Shown one piece after another: positions 45,015 to 57,246 of a stretch of 64,000 nucleotides of DNA. A program made the position numbers and the translations under genes. A model generated the notes under the pieces. The model ran no database searches. It was not told the DNA's origin and saw only the letters and a program-made list of their open reading frames with translations. Positions within the stretch are counted from its first letter, which is position 1. Each line of letters starts with the position of its first letter. The stretch is from Blastocladiella emersonii ATCC 22665 (taxonomy: Eukaryota; Fungi; Blastocladiomycota), in NCBI GenBank assembly GCA_025594325.1, contig JANHCV010000014.1:496001-560000 (forward strand), in the 5' to 3' direction.

Positions 45015-45644
45015 GGCGTGGGTTGCATCAAGTTATCGGGTGTGCGCTTCATGGAAGTGGGGGTGGTCAAGAAGGGAGCGCGAGCGGGAGGGCCGCGCGG
45101 CTCTCAAACTCTGCCCTCGGACTGCAGGATGACGAGGCAGGCAGAAGGTTCCGCGTTGGAAGAGAACATGTTATAGACAAGAAAGACTAGTAGGCGAGAG
45201 GGAGAGTAGAGGCTGCGAAAGACGCGCAGAGGTATGGGAGTGGGAGAAGGCTGAGCAGCTGGTCGGTCGGAGCAAAGCGAGTGTGCGTATCAACAATAAC
45301 CTGTAAAATTTGCGGGAGAGTAGGTAGGTAGGGTGGGGTGGAACGACAACAGAAGGTGAGGGGTGTTGGAGGAGAACGCGGCGTGGACGGGAAGGGAGAC
45401 GAGGAGGAGGCTCGAGCGTGGCGGCGGCGGAGCGAGCAAGGACGCAGCACACACGCGCGCGCACGACGAGGGAGACAAGGAGGGGCAGGGGACGCTGCCC
45501 GAGGAGAAGCCGCCACGCCGAACCGTACAGCGAGAGGAGACCGACCGACCGACGACCGCGCACCGACACGACCCGAGCGACCCTTGACGCCAAAACGACC
45601 AGCCGCGAGCAAAAACAAAGCAAAAGAAGGGGGTGGGGCGAGGC

Positions 45645-46672
45645 TTAGGCCTGGGCAACGTGGCCGGAGCCCTTGTAGTTGTCGGAGGCGACGCCGGTGT
45701 AGGGGTTGCCGTTCATGCCCTTGGCGTACTCGTTGGAGGCCTCCTGCCACTCCTTGGTGGTGGTCGGGACGCCCTGGCCGCCTGTGAGCGTAACGAGGAA
45801 CGAGGGTGAGCGGCATGATCGAGGGGACGGACGGAGGGGCGAGTGAGAGCGAGCGTACCGAGAGTGCGGATCCACCAGAAGAGCCCGGCCGAGGCGGCAA
45901 CGACGCCCATGGTCGCGGCGAAGACGCGGATCTGGAATCCCTTGGGGAGCTTCTCGCGGGGGCCGTGCGGGCCGTAGGCGATGTAGTAGACTGGACGGCG
46001 GGCGGGCGAGCAGGGTGAGTATCATCGGGTCGGTCGGTTACGGGTCGAGCAAGTCGGGCAGGCGGGCACCACGGATACAGCAGCTGCTCGAGCCGCGCAG
46101 GGACAGGGAGTACAGGGTGACGAGGCGGACGAGGAGGTGACGCATGTGGCGTAGTCGGCGATCAAGGAACGCCGCAAAATAGAGTTTCGCGACGGCCGAC
46201 CGAGGACGCCGAATCAGGTCGGTCGGCGGGCAGTCGCCGAGGGCAGGATCCATGGTTGTCGATACATGTGGGTGGCGGAGCACGAGGGGGAAAGGGAAGG
46301 GACCCGAAGGTGGGGGTAGAGTTGGGTCGATCGGAGCGCCGGACGCGCGCGCGCGCCGTGACGGGGCGCGCACCCCGCGAACCCAGGAAGATCGGCATCT
46401 AACGAAGGCGGCGTCAACGTACGGGCCTTCTTCTGGTCGGCCGAGAGGGCCTTCCAGTCGCCCTTCTGGGCGGCGAGCAGCGACTCGACGACGGCCGAGC
46501 GCTCGGGCTGGGCCATGGCGGTCCAGCGGGCGGGGATGTCGGCGAGCGCGGTCCGCGACACGGTCGAGGGCGCGGCGGCGGCGGGCGCGGCGGCAACGGC
46601 CTCGGCGGCCACCGTGGAGGCGGCGCGGCGCGGGGCGGCGCGGAGGGCGGCGGCGGTGGCGGTGCGGAGCAT
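45645..46672 (-). CDS. COX5: Cytochrome c oxidase subunit IV family (fungal Cox5), 3 exons
   Basis: Mitochondrial presequence, IPARWTAM, KGDWKALSADQKKA/LYYIAYGPHGPR, TM segment, PTTTKEWQEASNEY...NPYTG. Intron 1 spans 46422-45991 (432 nt). Confidence 0.9.
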
Positions 46673-47466
46673 GGCGGAGACTCGTGTGCGGGGAGTGCGG
46701 GACGGCGACGACGACGGCTGCGGGCGAGGGCGAAGAGGGTGGCGGAGGGGAGATGGGCGGGAACGCACGCACGCAGGCTGCACGGCCGGCCTCTCTCAGA
46801 GTGCTTTCGATCTCGCAAGGCTTGTTGACTGCCGCCTGCCACCCCTGTCACCGCCGAAAACTCAAACCCGCATCGGCTGACATCAGCTGATGTCCCGAAA
46901 CCGCGGTTTTCACCCCACCTCCACGTGGGTCGACTCGGTTCCGACTGACCGCTCCGGCTCCCGTTGCCGCCCGCGTCGAGTCTCCTCTCCCTCCCCGCCT
47001 CGCTTGACTACTTAACGGTCCCGCACCCCCTGCAACGTATCGCACACGCTACTCGCTGCAACGCGCTCTGCTCTGCTAGGTACGGCACGCCCGCGCTCTT
47101 GCTGCCACCTTCGGGTGGTCGACGACCCTCGCGCCGCCACGCGCTCCTTCGAAAAGACGGATCCTGCTCCGCACCCACAAGATGGCTCAAAAGATGAAAA
47201 AATACTCATGACAAAAGACGCCCTCGGCGCACCACAAAAAATACGATCCGTCGTGTATACACGCAACAAACAAAAAAAATAAGAGCAGCCTCCGCAGACT
47301 CGATTCTGGTATGCTCACGCTCTGCTCACACCGCCCTCCTCTCCCTACTCCTAGTTTATGCCCTTCACACGCGCACTCGCTGCCGCACTCGCACTCGCAC
47401 TGCCGCCGACATGACCGTACGTCTAACCCGCGCCCCGCCGCCATCGTCTTCCAGCAAACCGCAACC

Positions 47467-48504
47467 ATGGCCGACTCCATCGACTACGACGTGCCCGACA
47501 TGACGACCGACGCCGACCTCGATGAGTTCAAGCGCAAGATGGCCGAGCTCGAGGCCGAGACGGCGCGCCTGCAGGAGATGCAGGACCTGGCCGCCGGCAA
47601 CGACGTGACCTCGGTCGCCGGCTCGACCGCCTCGGGCGCCGACGCGGGCAAGCCCGACGCGGCAAAGGAGGAGTCGGACCGCCGCTCCATCTACGTCGGC
47701 AACGTCGACTACGCCACCACCCCCGAAAACCTCCAGGCCCTCTTCAACGACTGCGGCACCATCAACCGCGTCACCATCATGGTCAACAAGCTCACGGGCC
47801 AGCCCAAGGGATACGCCTACATCGAGTTCGCTGACGAGGCCGCCGTCACCGCCTCGCTCGCTCTCAACGACACGGAACTCAACGGGCGTAACATCAAGGT
47901 CACGCCCAAGCGCACCAACATCCCCGGCCTCGCTACCCGCGGCCGCGGCGGCCGCGGTGGTCGTGGTGGACGCGGCGGGTACCCCGGCGGCTACCCGATG
48001 ATGCCGTACGCGCCCTACTACGCACCACCACCCGGCTACGGCCCGCCCCACGGCTACTACCCGCCCCCGCCCCCGCACTACTGGGGCGCGCCGCATCACC
48101 CCGGCGCCGGCGCCCCCGGCTACTACCCGCCCCCGCCGCACATGGCCGGCGGCGGCCACGGTCACGGGCACGGCGGGCACCGCGGCGGGCGCGGCGGGCG
48201 TGGCGGTCGCGGCGGCGGCGCTGGCGGCCCGCGTCACCACCCGTACGGCGCGCCGTCGGGCGGGCACCGCGGCGGGCACCGCGGCGGACACCACCACCAC
48301 CACGGGCCGCACCACCACGGCAACCACCAGGCGTACCACCAGCACCACCAGCAGTACCCGAACGAGGAGGGGCAGCAGTACCCGCAGCAGCACCAGCACG
48401 GCGCCTACCCCGTCGAGAGCGCGGCGGCGGCCGGCGCGCCGGGTGTGGGCAGTGATGCCATGGATATGTCGTCGTCCGGGATCGCTGAGCACCAGCAGCA
48501 GTAG
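47467..48504 (+). CDS. PABPN1: Nuclear poly(A)-binding protein PABPN1/Pab2 with RGG/His/Pro-rich tail
   Basis: Coiled coil FKRKMAELEAE, RRM RSIYVGNVDY...GQPKGYAYIEF...RNIKVTPKRTNIPG. Confidence 0.92.
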   Translation: MADSIDYDVPDMTTDADLDEFKRKMAELEAETARLQEMQDLAAGNDVTSVAGSTASGADAGKPDAAKEESDRRSIYVGNVDYATTPENLQALFNDCGTINRVTIMVNKLTGQPKGYAYIEFADEAAVTASLALNDTELNGRNIKVTPKRTNIPGLATRGRGGRGGRGGRGGYPGGYPMMPYAPYYAPPPGYGPPHGYYPPPPPHYWGAPHHPGAGAPGYYPPPPHMAGGGHGHGHGGHRGGRGGRGGRGGGAGGPRHHPYGAPSGGHRGGHRGGHHHHHGPHHHGNHQAYHQHHQQYPNEEGQQYPQQHQHGAYPVESAAAAGAPGVGSDAMDMSSSGIAEHQQQ

Positions 48505-48921
48505 GCGTGGGTGTCGGCGCGGGTGTGGATGGCTCGTATTGTGGGGAGACGGAATGGAAATTTGTTCTTGTAATCAATCGTTCTCGCCTGCCTCCCTTGG
48601 CCCTGACTGACCGCTGAGACGAGTAACGCAGGCGGATGTTCGCTGAGCGACGATGCACGTCGCGAACTCGTGGCAGCTCACGCATCGACCCAGCGTCGCA
48701 GTCTGGCGCGAGACGCGGTATCCCCTCGCCCTCGCTTCCTGCAAGAAGGCGACATGTTCCATGCGCTCACAACCACACGATCACGCAGGAGACAGATCGT
48801 CGCGGCTGCGAGACGCGGTGCGCCACCCGCGTGATGCCACTGGCGAACGGCCAATTGACATTTCTCGCTCCGCGGCCGATGGCGCCTCCCGTTGTCCCGC
48901 TCGTACCAAGTATCCAGCACC

Positions 48922-51681
48922 ATGGAAGCCGATGAACTATATGCAATGCGCTCGGCACACTTCGCTGATCTCCCTGCCGAGCTAGTGGCGCTGGTCTTGC
49001 AACTCGCGCTGCCGCGGCCCGCTGTCCTGCTTGCAACCGCCGGACTTGCCAGAATCGCGGCTGTATCTTCCGTCCAATGGGTTTGGCGCTGCTCTGTGGT
49101 GTATCTACCGGCTCGTTTTGGGAATGGCCCACGGACCCATCACACTTCCCGCTCCAGTCCAGCCGACCCCATGCCGTTTCTCAATTGCATTCGCCGTCAC
49201 AGTTTCCTTGAAGGAATATCGACCGCATGGATTGAAACAGAAAGCCGGCGCTGGTCGCCTGGTGTGGACGTGTTCGACGACCCAACCCTCAAGCGCTTCA
49301 TCGCTCGGTTTACGCCTCGCATATCCAAGCCGCTCGTTTTGCTTCCCAACGAGCGCTGGTGCAGTCCCACAGATTCCCACGTTTTCAGCTGCTACAGCCT
49401 CACGTCGTCGTACTTTCCGAACTTTTTTCCCGCTGCGGCAGCTCGCCCTGCTATTTGCAGCCCAGGGCCGCGTTGACCCGCTCCGCTTAGTTCTCAGCGC
49501 GCTCAACCACTCGCACATCAGCTGCCACCGCCGTCCCCTCCTGCATTGGCTTGCTCTTGATATAGACTGGCGTTCCGGCGTTGCGGTTGCGATCCACAAT
49601 CACGCGGAATTGATTAACCAAGAGTATGGTGCTAACGTCGTTCAGCAATGGCTCACGTTTCTCGAGTACCTCGCGCTTGTGGCGCTGAAGTGGTGGCGGC
49701 CTGAAATCCTCTGGGTTCTCGAACTGCCCGAGTACGCTTTTCACAAGTGGCGCTTTATTCGCAACTTCTACCGGTACGACCGGCTTCAGTTTGGCTTGGC
49801 TTCGTGTGACTCCTCGCTATCAGCAGAAATCGTCCTCCACACACTACAGTGGTTTGCTGGTCCGCACGGGGAACTTGTTGATCGGACACGGTGCCCTACA
49901 TTAGCCGGCCGCTTTTTCAAGCGATGCAGCAAAAAATGCCTCGCGAACATGGTTTATCTATTCGACCCGCTCGAAAGGCTCATGCAACTCGATTTTCGAA
50001 TGCGCTGCCAGCTTGCAGCGACCCTTCTTGACGCCATTCGTCTTGATTAACTCTTTGAGCCGAACGATTCCGCTGAAGATCAGTTGGATGGCGCGATGCA
50101 ACTTGTTCGGCATGCCGTCTCCCATCAGCACATGTTGCCCAGTTTCATGTTCGATCTCATCGTCTGCGAGTCGCGGAACCGACTGCACTTTGCCCGTTAC
50201 GCTTACAGTGTTTGTGGGTCGACCATTTTTGCTGACAGTACGTTTTGCTCGCGTGACAGCTTCGCTCGTCCGTGGACTGAGCTTCTCTTGCCTCCCACTG
50301 TAGCTATACGCCTTTCGATTGGTGACCAAATGGCGGAGCCCAGTTCCAATGAGCGGGATGTCCCCGAGCAGACTGCTCCCGAGCCAGCAACTGTCGAGCC
50401 AGCCCTCGCAGAGCCTTATGTGAATGACTCGGGGACAGCCCAGGCGGGTGATCTTGACTCGAATGGTGTCGATTCTGCAAGCGATACTAGCTCAACCGAG
50501 GAGACCCGCTCCACCGCCAGCGATGACACGCATCCTTGTCTTTCCCAGACGCGGATCGATGACATCGTATTCGAGATCACATCCATCGTTGAGCTAGCCT
50601 CAACTCTGGGTGTCAGTGTCAACGAAATTCTTGATCACGCCGTGCTCGCCAAGCTCGCGGAGCTCGACGCTCTCAAACACATCGTTGGATCCATTGCTGC
50701 GCACAGCGTCAACGCCAGCGCCTTCGAGGGCTATGTCAATGCGCTTGCGGAGACCATCGACAGCACGTTGGTGCGTTTTGACCCCGAGGTCGCGGACGCC
50801 CATGGACTTCTTCTCGTTACTCTTCTCAACAGTCCGCTGACAGCTCCCGCAACGCTTGAGTACCTGGGACGGAAGGACTCGCGTTTTGGGCGTTGCAACG
50901 CGCACTGGCACTGGTACAAGCTAATTTTACCCTCTACTCGCCGTGGAACTGGCCATCTTGATTGTACTGGTTTAAGCCCAGAGGCAACGCCAAAATCGCC
51001 CTCGCCCAACTACTCGTTGCACGACGAGCTCGGTTCGCCGCCACCCGTTGACCTGGCCGCGGAGGAGTCCTACGTTGAGGGTGATGCCGAAGTTCATCTC
51101 GAACGCGAACATGAGTTTGAGGACTCGAATTCGTCACTCGTGTCCTTGGCGGCGGGTGAGGACCCCTTCCTTGCCCCTTGGCAACGCGCACTTCTTGCGG
51201 TGCTCACCGAGATCCCAGGCTTCAAGGTGGTCCAAGACTCGCTTCCTGACCATATATATACGCGACTTGGTTCTCGCGTGAAGCACTCTGCCGTGCCGAC
51301 TTCTTCCAACGTGGCGAAGCCACAAGCGGCGTCCCTGGCATCGGGACTGATACGGCGTGGATTATCGAACAGCTCTACCGTGTGGCTCCCGAGGTTCTCA
51401 TCAACGAATTTGTACGCGTCAGCGTCGCGAGTCCGGCGTTCATCTGGCGCATGCTCCTGCCCGGCGCGCTTGATGGAATCCGGTCGCCCAAGTGGGTGCT
51501 CGCTGCCGCGTGCGTGGCCTTTGACCGCTTTCACGACATGCCGACGGCTTTGAGCGCGGCGCTGGCCGTTCTCTTTGCTGCGGCGGATGAAACGACACGG
51601 TCGGGTCACTTCCGCGACATGTTTTCTGCCGAATTCGAGCGGCGGGGGTTCGATGGGGATCAGTTCTCTTCGGACGAGTAA
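48922..51681 (+). pseudogene. Accessory superfamily, subfamily B copy B1
   Basis: MEADELYAM...DLPAELVALVLQLALPR; +1 frameshift in a T6 run near 49422; in-frame TAA at 50048-50050; frameshift near 51330; ends LLPGALDGIRSP...AEFERRGFDGDQFSSDE*. Confidence 0.78.
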
Positions 51682-51874
51682 AAAGATGAATAGATGTTGA
51701 CAGTTGAGTTTCCCATGAGTTTGCGATATCGCCAACTGTGCCCTCGCGAAAGAAATGTGAGACGTGTTGCGCCACTCGCGTGATGCCGGCGTGATCAGAG
51801 GCGCCCAAAAGGGCGGCTCGCCGTTTGGCCGATCCGCCCTCCCCGCGCCTGCTCAATGTATCGAATCCAACGCC

Positions 51875-54481
51875 ATGGAAGCCAATGAACTACATGCAAT
51901 GCGCTTCTCGGACCTGCCAGCGGAACTGGTCATCGTGGTGATCCAGCTTGCGATCCCACGACTTGCCGTCCTACTTGCGACCACTGGCTTCGCGGCGGGT
52001 GGCGGCGGAGCCGAGGACTCAATGGGTTTGGCGATTCAACTACGCTCTACAGCCTGAGCGTTGTGGGTGGCAAACCCAGTCTCGCGTTTTACAGAGGCCG
52101 CAGCCGGTCCTTGACCCAAATGTCGTGCCGCTCGCGCGGTACCTGCACCGTTTGGCAGATCTTCAACTGGAATTGCCTCAACACCAGGCGGCCGACAAGA
52201 AACGTTGGCTTCCTGATGTCGACGTGTTCGATGAGCCGACCCTGCAGCGCTTCATTTCGCGGTTCAAGCATGAGCCGGTCCCCTTCCCTGACTGCATTCG
52301 GAGCGACGAACCGAGTATGTGCATTCTCTCTCGAGAACAACGTTATTACGATCTCGCGCAGCTATCGCCTGTCCCCAACTTCTTCGCTCTTCGGCAGCTA
52401 GCGGTCATGTTCGTAGCGCAAGGCCGAACCAACCATTTGCGCACTGTTCTTGAGGCGCTCCCGCGATCTCATCTTTATTGTCAGTCACCGTATGCGCCTG
52501 CAACACTGGGAGCAACTCGACGTGGACTGGCGGCACAATGTTCGCAGGGAAATTGCAGACCACGCACGTAACACGAACAGGACCTTCGACGGTCAACTCC
52601 TCGATCACTGGCCAACCTTTCTTGAGTACCTCGCCCTTGTGGCTCTCAAGTGGTGGCGCCCCGAGGTGCTTTCAGCCCTTGACTCGCCCGAGTACGGTTT
52701 TGACAAGACCGACGTTATCTACTCGTTTTTCCTGTTCAGCCACCTGGACATTGGCGTGGCAACCTGCCATGCCGAGCTTCCAACGGAACTCGTCATTGCT
52801 ACCCTGCGCTGGTTTACCGGCGAGCGCGGATGACATGTTGACCGCGAACACACACCCTCGGTGGCCATATTCTTCGTCTGAAACGCCAGCACTGAATGTC
52901 TACTTGCGATGATGCAGCTGCTTGACACGCGAGACGCGTTCGTTGACATCGATCCGGATTATCGGTGGTTGCTGATCGATGCCGTGCTCGGCGGGACCTG
53001 CCTTGACAAGATTATTGATTCGGGGGAGCTGGGTGGGTTCGAGAACCGGATTCTGACACTCGCGCAGCTCGGTGTTATTTGCGACTGGCTCGGCTGGTCG
53101 ACGCTTCTTCCATTGCTCGTCCGCTCCAAGTCTCCAAACTTGCACCGCTTCGCAGCGCAGGTTCATGAAATTCATGTTGAGGCGTACAGCGGAGGTATGT
53201 GATGGTCGCACCGCACCGCATTGGACGAGTGTTTGACCGTTTTTGCATTCGTAGCGATCCTGGACTCGTTGAAAACTGACGAGTACGGATGCTCACTCGC
53301 TGGCCGCACTGTGGGCGATTCTGGCCCAGTTGAAGCTCGTGAGGTTGCCACCATCATTCACGAAACCGCCTCGATTGCAGAGCTTCGAATTCGTCGTGGC
53401 TTTCATGCGCCTGGGTTCATCAATCGCGTTGCGCTGATCGCGCTCGCCAAACTGGGCGCGCTCAACGACGTGATGGCCTTCATTCCCAACTATCAGGGCG
53501 CGTTGTTCGTCTTCCGCGATTATGATTGCGCAATCTGCGGATATTATTCCAAATTTCAAGTTCGGTTTGAGCCGGCATTTTGTGTCCCGTACGGACGTCT
53601 TCTCATTGCACTGCTTTGCGACCAAACGACAGCGCCGGAGGTGCTTCAGGCGCTTAGTCGCCATGTGAATGCTCAGGAGGCGCCCTACCCGATGAGCTAC
53701 CAATCGCCGCGCAACATGCGTCCGAGCGCTCACTGGCACTTTCATCAATATCTCCTTCCCGAGGTCCGGTCCGGCGCGGGCCCACTTCCGCGCTGGGGAT
53801 CGAGCGTTTACGCGTATATTAACTCGTTGCCGCTCGTCAGCTTCGAGCACGACGACTTGCGCAAAGTGCTGCCGCCCATCGCTGTGCCAGATAAATTTTC
53901 AGACCAAGCGGAGGAATCTTACTTGTACTCGGCTCTTGAACCGGTCGCCCGAGCCGCCAACAGCTCCTCGCCGCGGCCGACCGACCTTCCTGACGCGACG
54001 TGGGCGCCGTGGCAGTACGCCGTCCACACTGTACTCAACAAGGTTCCCAACTTGACTCTCACGGCCGACATGATCCCCGAGGAAGTGCGCGAGCTTCTCT
54101 TCTCGCACGAGGCGCTCGCCCGCGCCAGCACCTTGCGTCGCGATGAGACCGCGCGCGGCTTGACTGGACCAGGCACCGATACGGTGTGGATCATCGAGCA
54201 GCTTTACCACGCAGCTCCAAAGGTTCTTATCAACGATCTCATGCGCGTGGGCGTGGAGAGCTCGGTATGCGTCTGGCAAATGCTCCCGCGCGGCGCGCTG
54301 GATGGCCTGCGGTCCCCCCGAATGGCTGCTCGCCGCGGCGCGCGTCATCACCGGCGACGAGAGTGATGTCCTGCGAGAGGCAACACTTTCCCTCTTCCAC
54401 GCTGCGGTCGAAACCGCGAAATCGGACGAGTTCCGCGCCATGTTTCGCGCTGAGTGCGAGCACTTCGCGGTTGGAACTTGA
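51875..54481 (+). pseudogene. Accessory superfamily, subfamily B copy B2
   Basis: MEANELHAM...DLPAELVIVVIQLAIPR; frameshifts near 52000, 52490 and in a C6 run near 54315; TGA stops at 52831, 52879 and 53200; LPRGALDGLRSP motif. Confidence 0.78.
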
Positions 54482-54789
54482 AAGATGTCCTCTCCCGGCT
54501 GAGGAATGGTGTGGTTTGGTTTGAATCAACGTGATTCATTATCGAACGCTGAGTGAACTTAGGAATTTTCCCTTGTTCTTCGCACGTTGAGACCAGGGCT
54601 GCAGTTGAGACGCGTTTTGAAAATACGTGAAGTTCACGCGCCAAAGTTGAGACGCGTCTCGACACAAGCAAGCGAAGGCGGTGTGGGCAAATGCCCGTGG
54701 AGTGTCAGTTTCAGTCTAGATCTTGCTGATGTACAAAATATTTACATTCAGGACACAACCTGCATCCAAGCCGTAAAGCAACCCGACCT

Positions 54790-57105
54790 TCACTCTTCCT
54801 GGCGCAGAACTCCAAGCGCGCGCTTGGCACGGAGCGACCCCATGGTCCGCGGCGCCGCGTAGAGGGCATCGGCGAACGCGTCCGAGAAGATGGTCGCCGG
54901 CGCGACGTGCGCGAGCTCCTTCATCGCGTCGGATCCCTCGGTGCGCTCCGTGAGCTTGATGGCGACGTGCACCAACTTTTTCACGTCCCAGACGCCGTCG
55001 AGAGCACCTTCGGGGACACACATCCAGAACTCGAGCGGGAGCGCGGATGCCAGCGGCGAGTCGCGGAACAGGCCGAGCACGTATTGTGGGTCGACGCACA
55101 GCAGCGTCGCGACGAATTGCATGTTCGGGTACGGGACCGTGAGGCCGCAGTCGCACGCGGGCGCAGGCTCGACGAGAGTCCGCGGTAAGCCTGGGTGCAG
55201 GAGAAGCGAGTCAACGGCCTGTTTCACGTTTAAAGGCAGGCGTTCGATGGGCATCGCGGCGGGGTCGATCTCGATCAGCTCCTTCAGAGTGCTAAAGAAG
55301 GGCTTCTGCCACCAGAGCGGGCATTTGCTGCACGTCGAACGACCATCGCCGAGCGGCAAAGTGAACGTTGCCAGCGGCTGGAGGTTGAAGGCCTTGATGA
55401 GCAATGCGACGTGCGCGGCGGCAGTTTCCGTGCCGCAGATGGACGCCACAGCAGCGTCGTGTGTGGCGGGATCGCAGAGCATAGCAATGGAGAGACTTGC
55501 TGTGGCAGCGGGGAGAGGGTTGTCATCAAAAGCGCCGTGGATGCCAAAGATTGCGTTCAAAAGGAGAAATTGCGTCCATGAAGAGGCTCCGCTAGGCTTG
55601 TTCGCGAAAAGCCGTGAAAGAACAGCAGGTGTTCCGGACGATTTCATCAAGTGCCCCCGAAGCTCCGAGACCATGCTCGCCAGAAGCTCGTCGAAGCGGT
55701 CTGAAAAGTACCGAAAGGCGAACTCGACAATGACGGCTGGGTGGAGACGGGAATCGAATGGAAGACTGGCGATAAACACTAAAAGGACGGTACGCGGATC
55801 AGCCGCTGAACCGTTGACAACTGAAGCATACGTACTTTCCGAGAGCGTGTTTTTGAGTCGGCCGCCGAGCTGCGCTCCCACGAGAGCCGACAAGGTCGCG
55901 GTGTGCGCTGAAATGGGCCCTTGAAGCAAGATACGCAGGCTCTGAATCCAGAAACCGGGTGCAAGGAAGCCGTGACTGCCAATCGTGACAAGAAACTCCG
56001 CGAACTCTGGTCGCAGCTTCCAAAAATCCTGGGCCCGAACCGTGATCGAGTTGACCAGGTTTGGGTTGAAGAAAGGATCTGGGGCACAGTCGCGATGGCG
56101 CTCCAGGAGATACGCAAGGAGCGCAGGAGAACGATATAGTGACAGTTTGCGAGCCAGATAGTCGCCGTTGATTATAGCGAGCGGAGGGTCGCTCCAGCTG
56201 TGGGAGAGCAGAAGCTTGAGGAAGTAGAGCGCCATGTCAACAACTGGTTCAGCGGTGGTGATTTGAGAGCACACGAAACTCGCAACGTTCCGTTTGCGCA
56301 TGTTTTTGTACAGCTGCGCAGTGTCGCAGCCGAAGCGCGGGTCGATGGCGACTTCAAGCTTGGCACGCTTCAGAAAGAAGAGAGCGTGGTGGGCGATCAC
56401 GTCCGCAACGCGAGGTTCGGCAGACAAGATGCGGAGCTCGTTCGTGACATATGGCGAATCGCGGGCGATAGCCGAGAGGTTGGGGTGGAGCGAGTTCCAC
56501 ATGACCCACGGAAGTCGAGCAAGAAGCAGTGCAGGCGCTCGAGCAAGTGCAGCCTCAAGCAGGTGTCGCAAAGTATCGGGCGACCCGGTGTGAACGAGTT
56601 CGATCAGACCTTGCAGGAACGAAAGAGCCGGATGCGCTGTAGCTGGAAGGCATTGCTCGTCGATCAGGTTGAAGCCCTCGCGAACTTCGTCTGAGGCGAG
56701 TCGCGGGTCGAAGGTCAAGGCGCGGAGCGAGGGTGGCAGCAGAGCAAGGAGGCATTCCATGGTGGCAATGAAAAGCGGCTGAAGCTGTGAAATATCGGAC
56801 GCGCCGTGGATACTGAGCACGCCGCTCATCGTCGTTTCAAGGATCGAGGTTTCTTCGTCCGAGTCCATTTCATCGCTGTACTCCTCGTATAAATCTTGCC
56901 ACCGTTGCTCAATCCAAGCCCGCTTCACCCGAAGCTCGCGCAGGTCAGGGATAAACGCGCGCGTTGCGAGGTAGATGCGGCGGCGCGGCGCGGCCAGCTG
57001 AAGGACCGCCACCAGGAGCTCCGGCGGGAGCGCGGACAAGTTCATGGTGCCATAAATCGCAGGTTGCAGCAGGTCGTGCGGCGTATTCATTGGTAGCGGA
57101 TCCAT
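54790..57105 (-). CDS. Accessory superfamily, subfamily C copy C1, intact and intronless (771 aa)
   Basis: MDPLPMNTPHDLLQ...ALPPELLVAVLQLAAPR; C-terminal TCSKCPLWWQKPF...ACDCG...VPEGALDGVWD...ELAHVAP. Confidence 0.8.
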   Translation of the reverse strand: MDPLPMNTPHDLLQPAIYGTMNLSALPPELLVAVLQLAAPRRRIYLATRAFIPDLRELRVKRAWIEQRWQDLYEEYSDEMDSDEETSILETTMSGVLSIHGASDISQLQPLFIATMECLLALLPPSLRALTFDPRLASDEVREGFNLIDEQCLPATAHPALSFLQGLIELVHTGSPDTLRHLLEAALARAPALLLARLPWVMWNSLHPNLSAIARDSPYVTNELRILSAEPRVADVIAHHALFFLKRAKLEVAIDPRFGCDTAQLYKNMRKRNVASFVCSQITTAEPVVDMALYFLKLLLSHSWSDPPLAIINGDYLARKLSLYRSPALLAYLLERHRDCAPDPFFNPNLVNSITVRAQDFWKLRPEFAEFLVTIGSHGFLAPGFWIQSLRILLQGPISAHTATLSALVGAQLGGRLKNTLSESTYASVVNGSAADPRTVLLVFIASLPFDSRLHPAVIVEFAFRYFSDRFDELLASMVSELRGHLMKSSGTPAVLSRLFANKPSGASSWTQFLLLNAIFGIHGAFDDNPLPAATASLSIAMLCDPATHDAAVASICGTETAAAHVALLIKAFNLQPLATFTLPLGDGRSTCSKCPLWWQKPFFSTLKELIEIDPAAMPIERLPLNVKQAVDSLLLHPGLPRTLVEPAPACDCGLTVPYPNMQFVATLLCVDPQYVLGLFRDSPLASALPLEFWMCVPEGALDGVWDVKKLVHVAIKLTERTEGSDAMKELAHVAPATIFSDAFADALYAAPRTMGSLRAKRALGVLRQEE

Positions 57106-57246
57106 GGTCGGTGCGGGGTCGAGAGCTGAGCCCACCAAGCTTGAGGCGACGATTTCGCGTCACGCCACCCGAACGGCGAAGTTCGAAAGCGTGACTCGAC
57201 GGCGAGGCGAGCGGTCCTCCCTCTCCTCCAAACACCCTACACTGCC

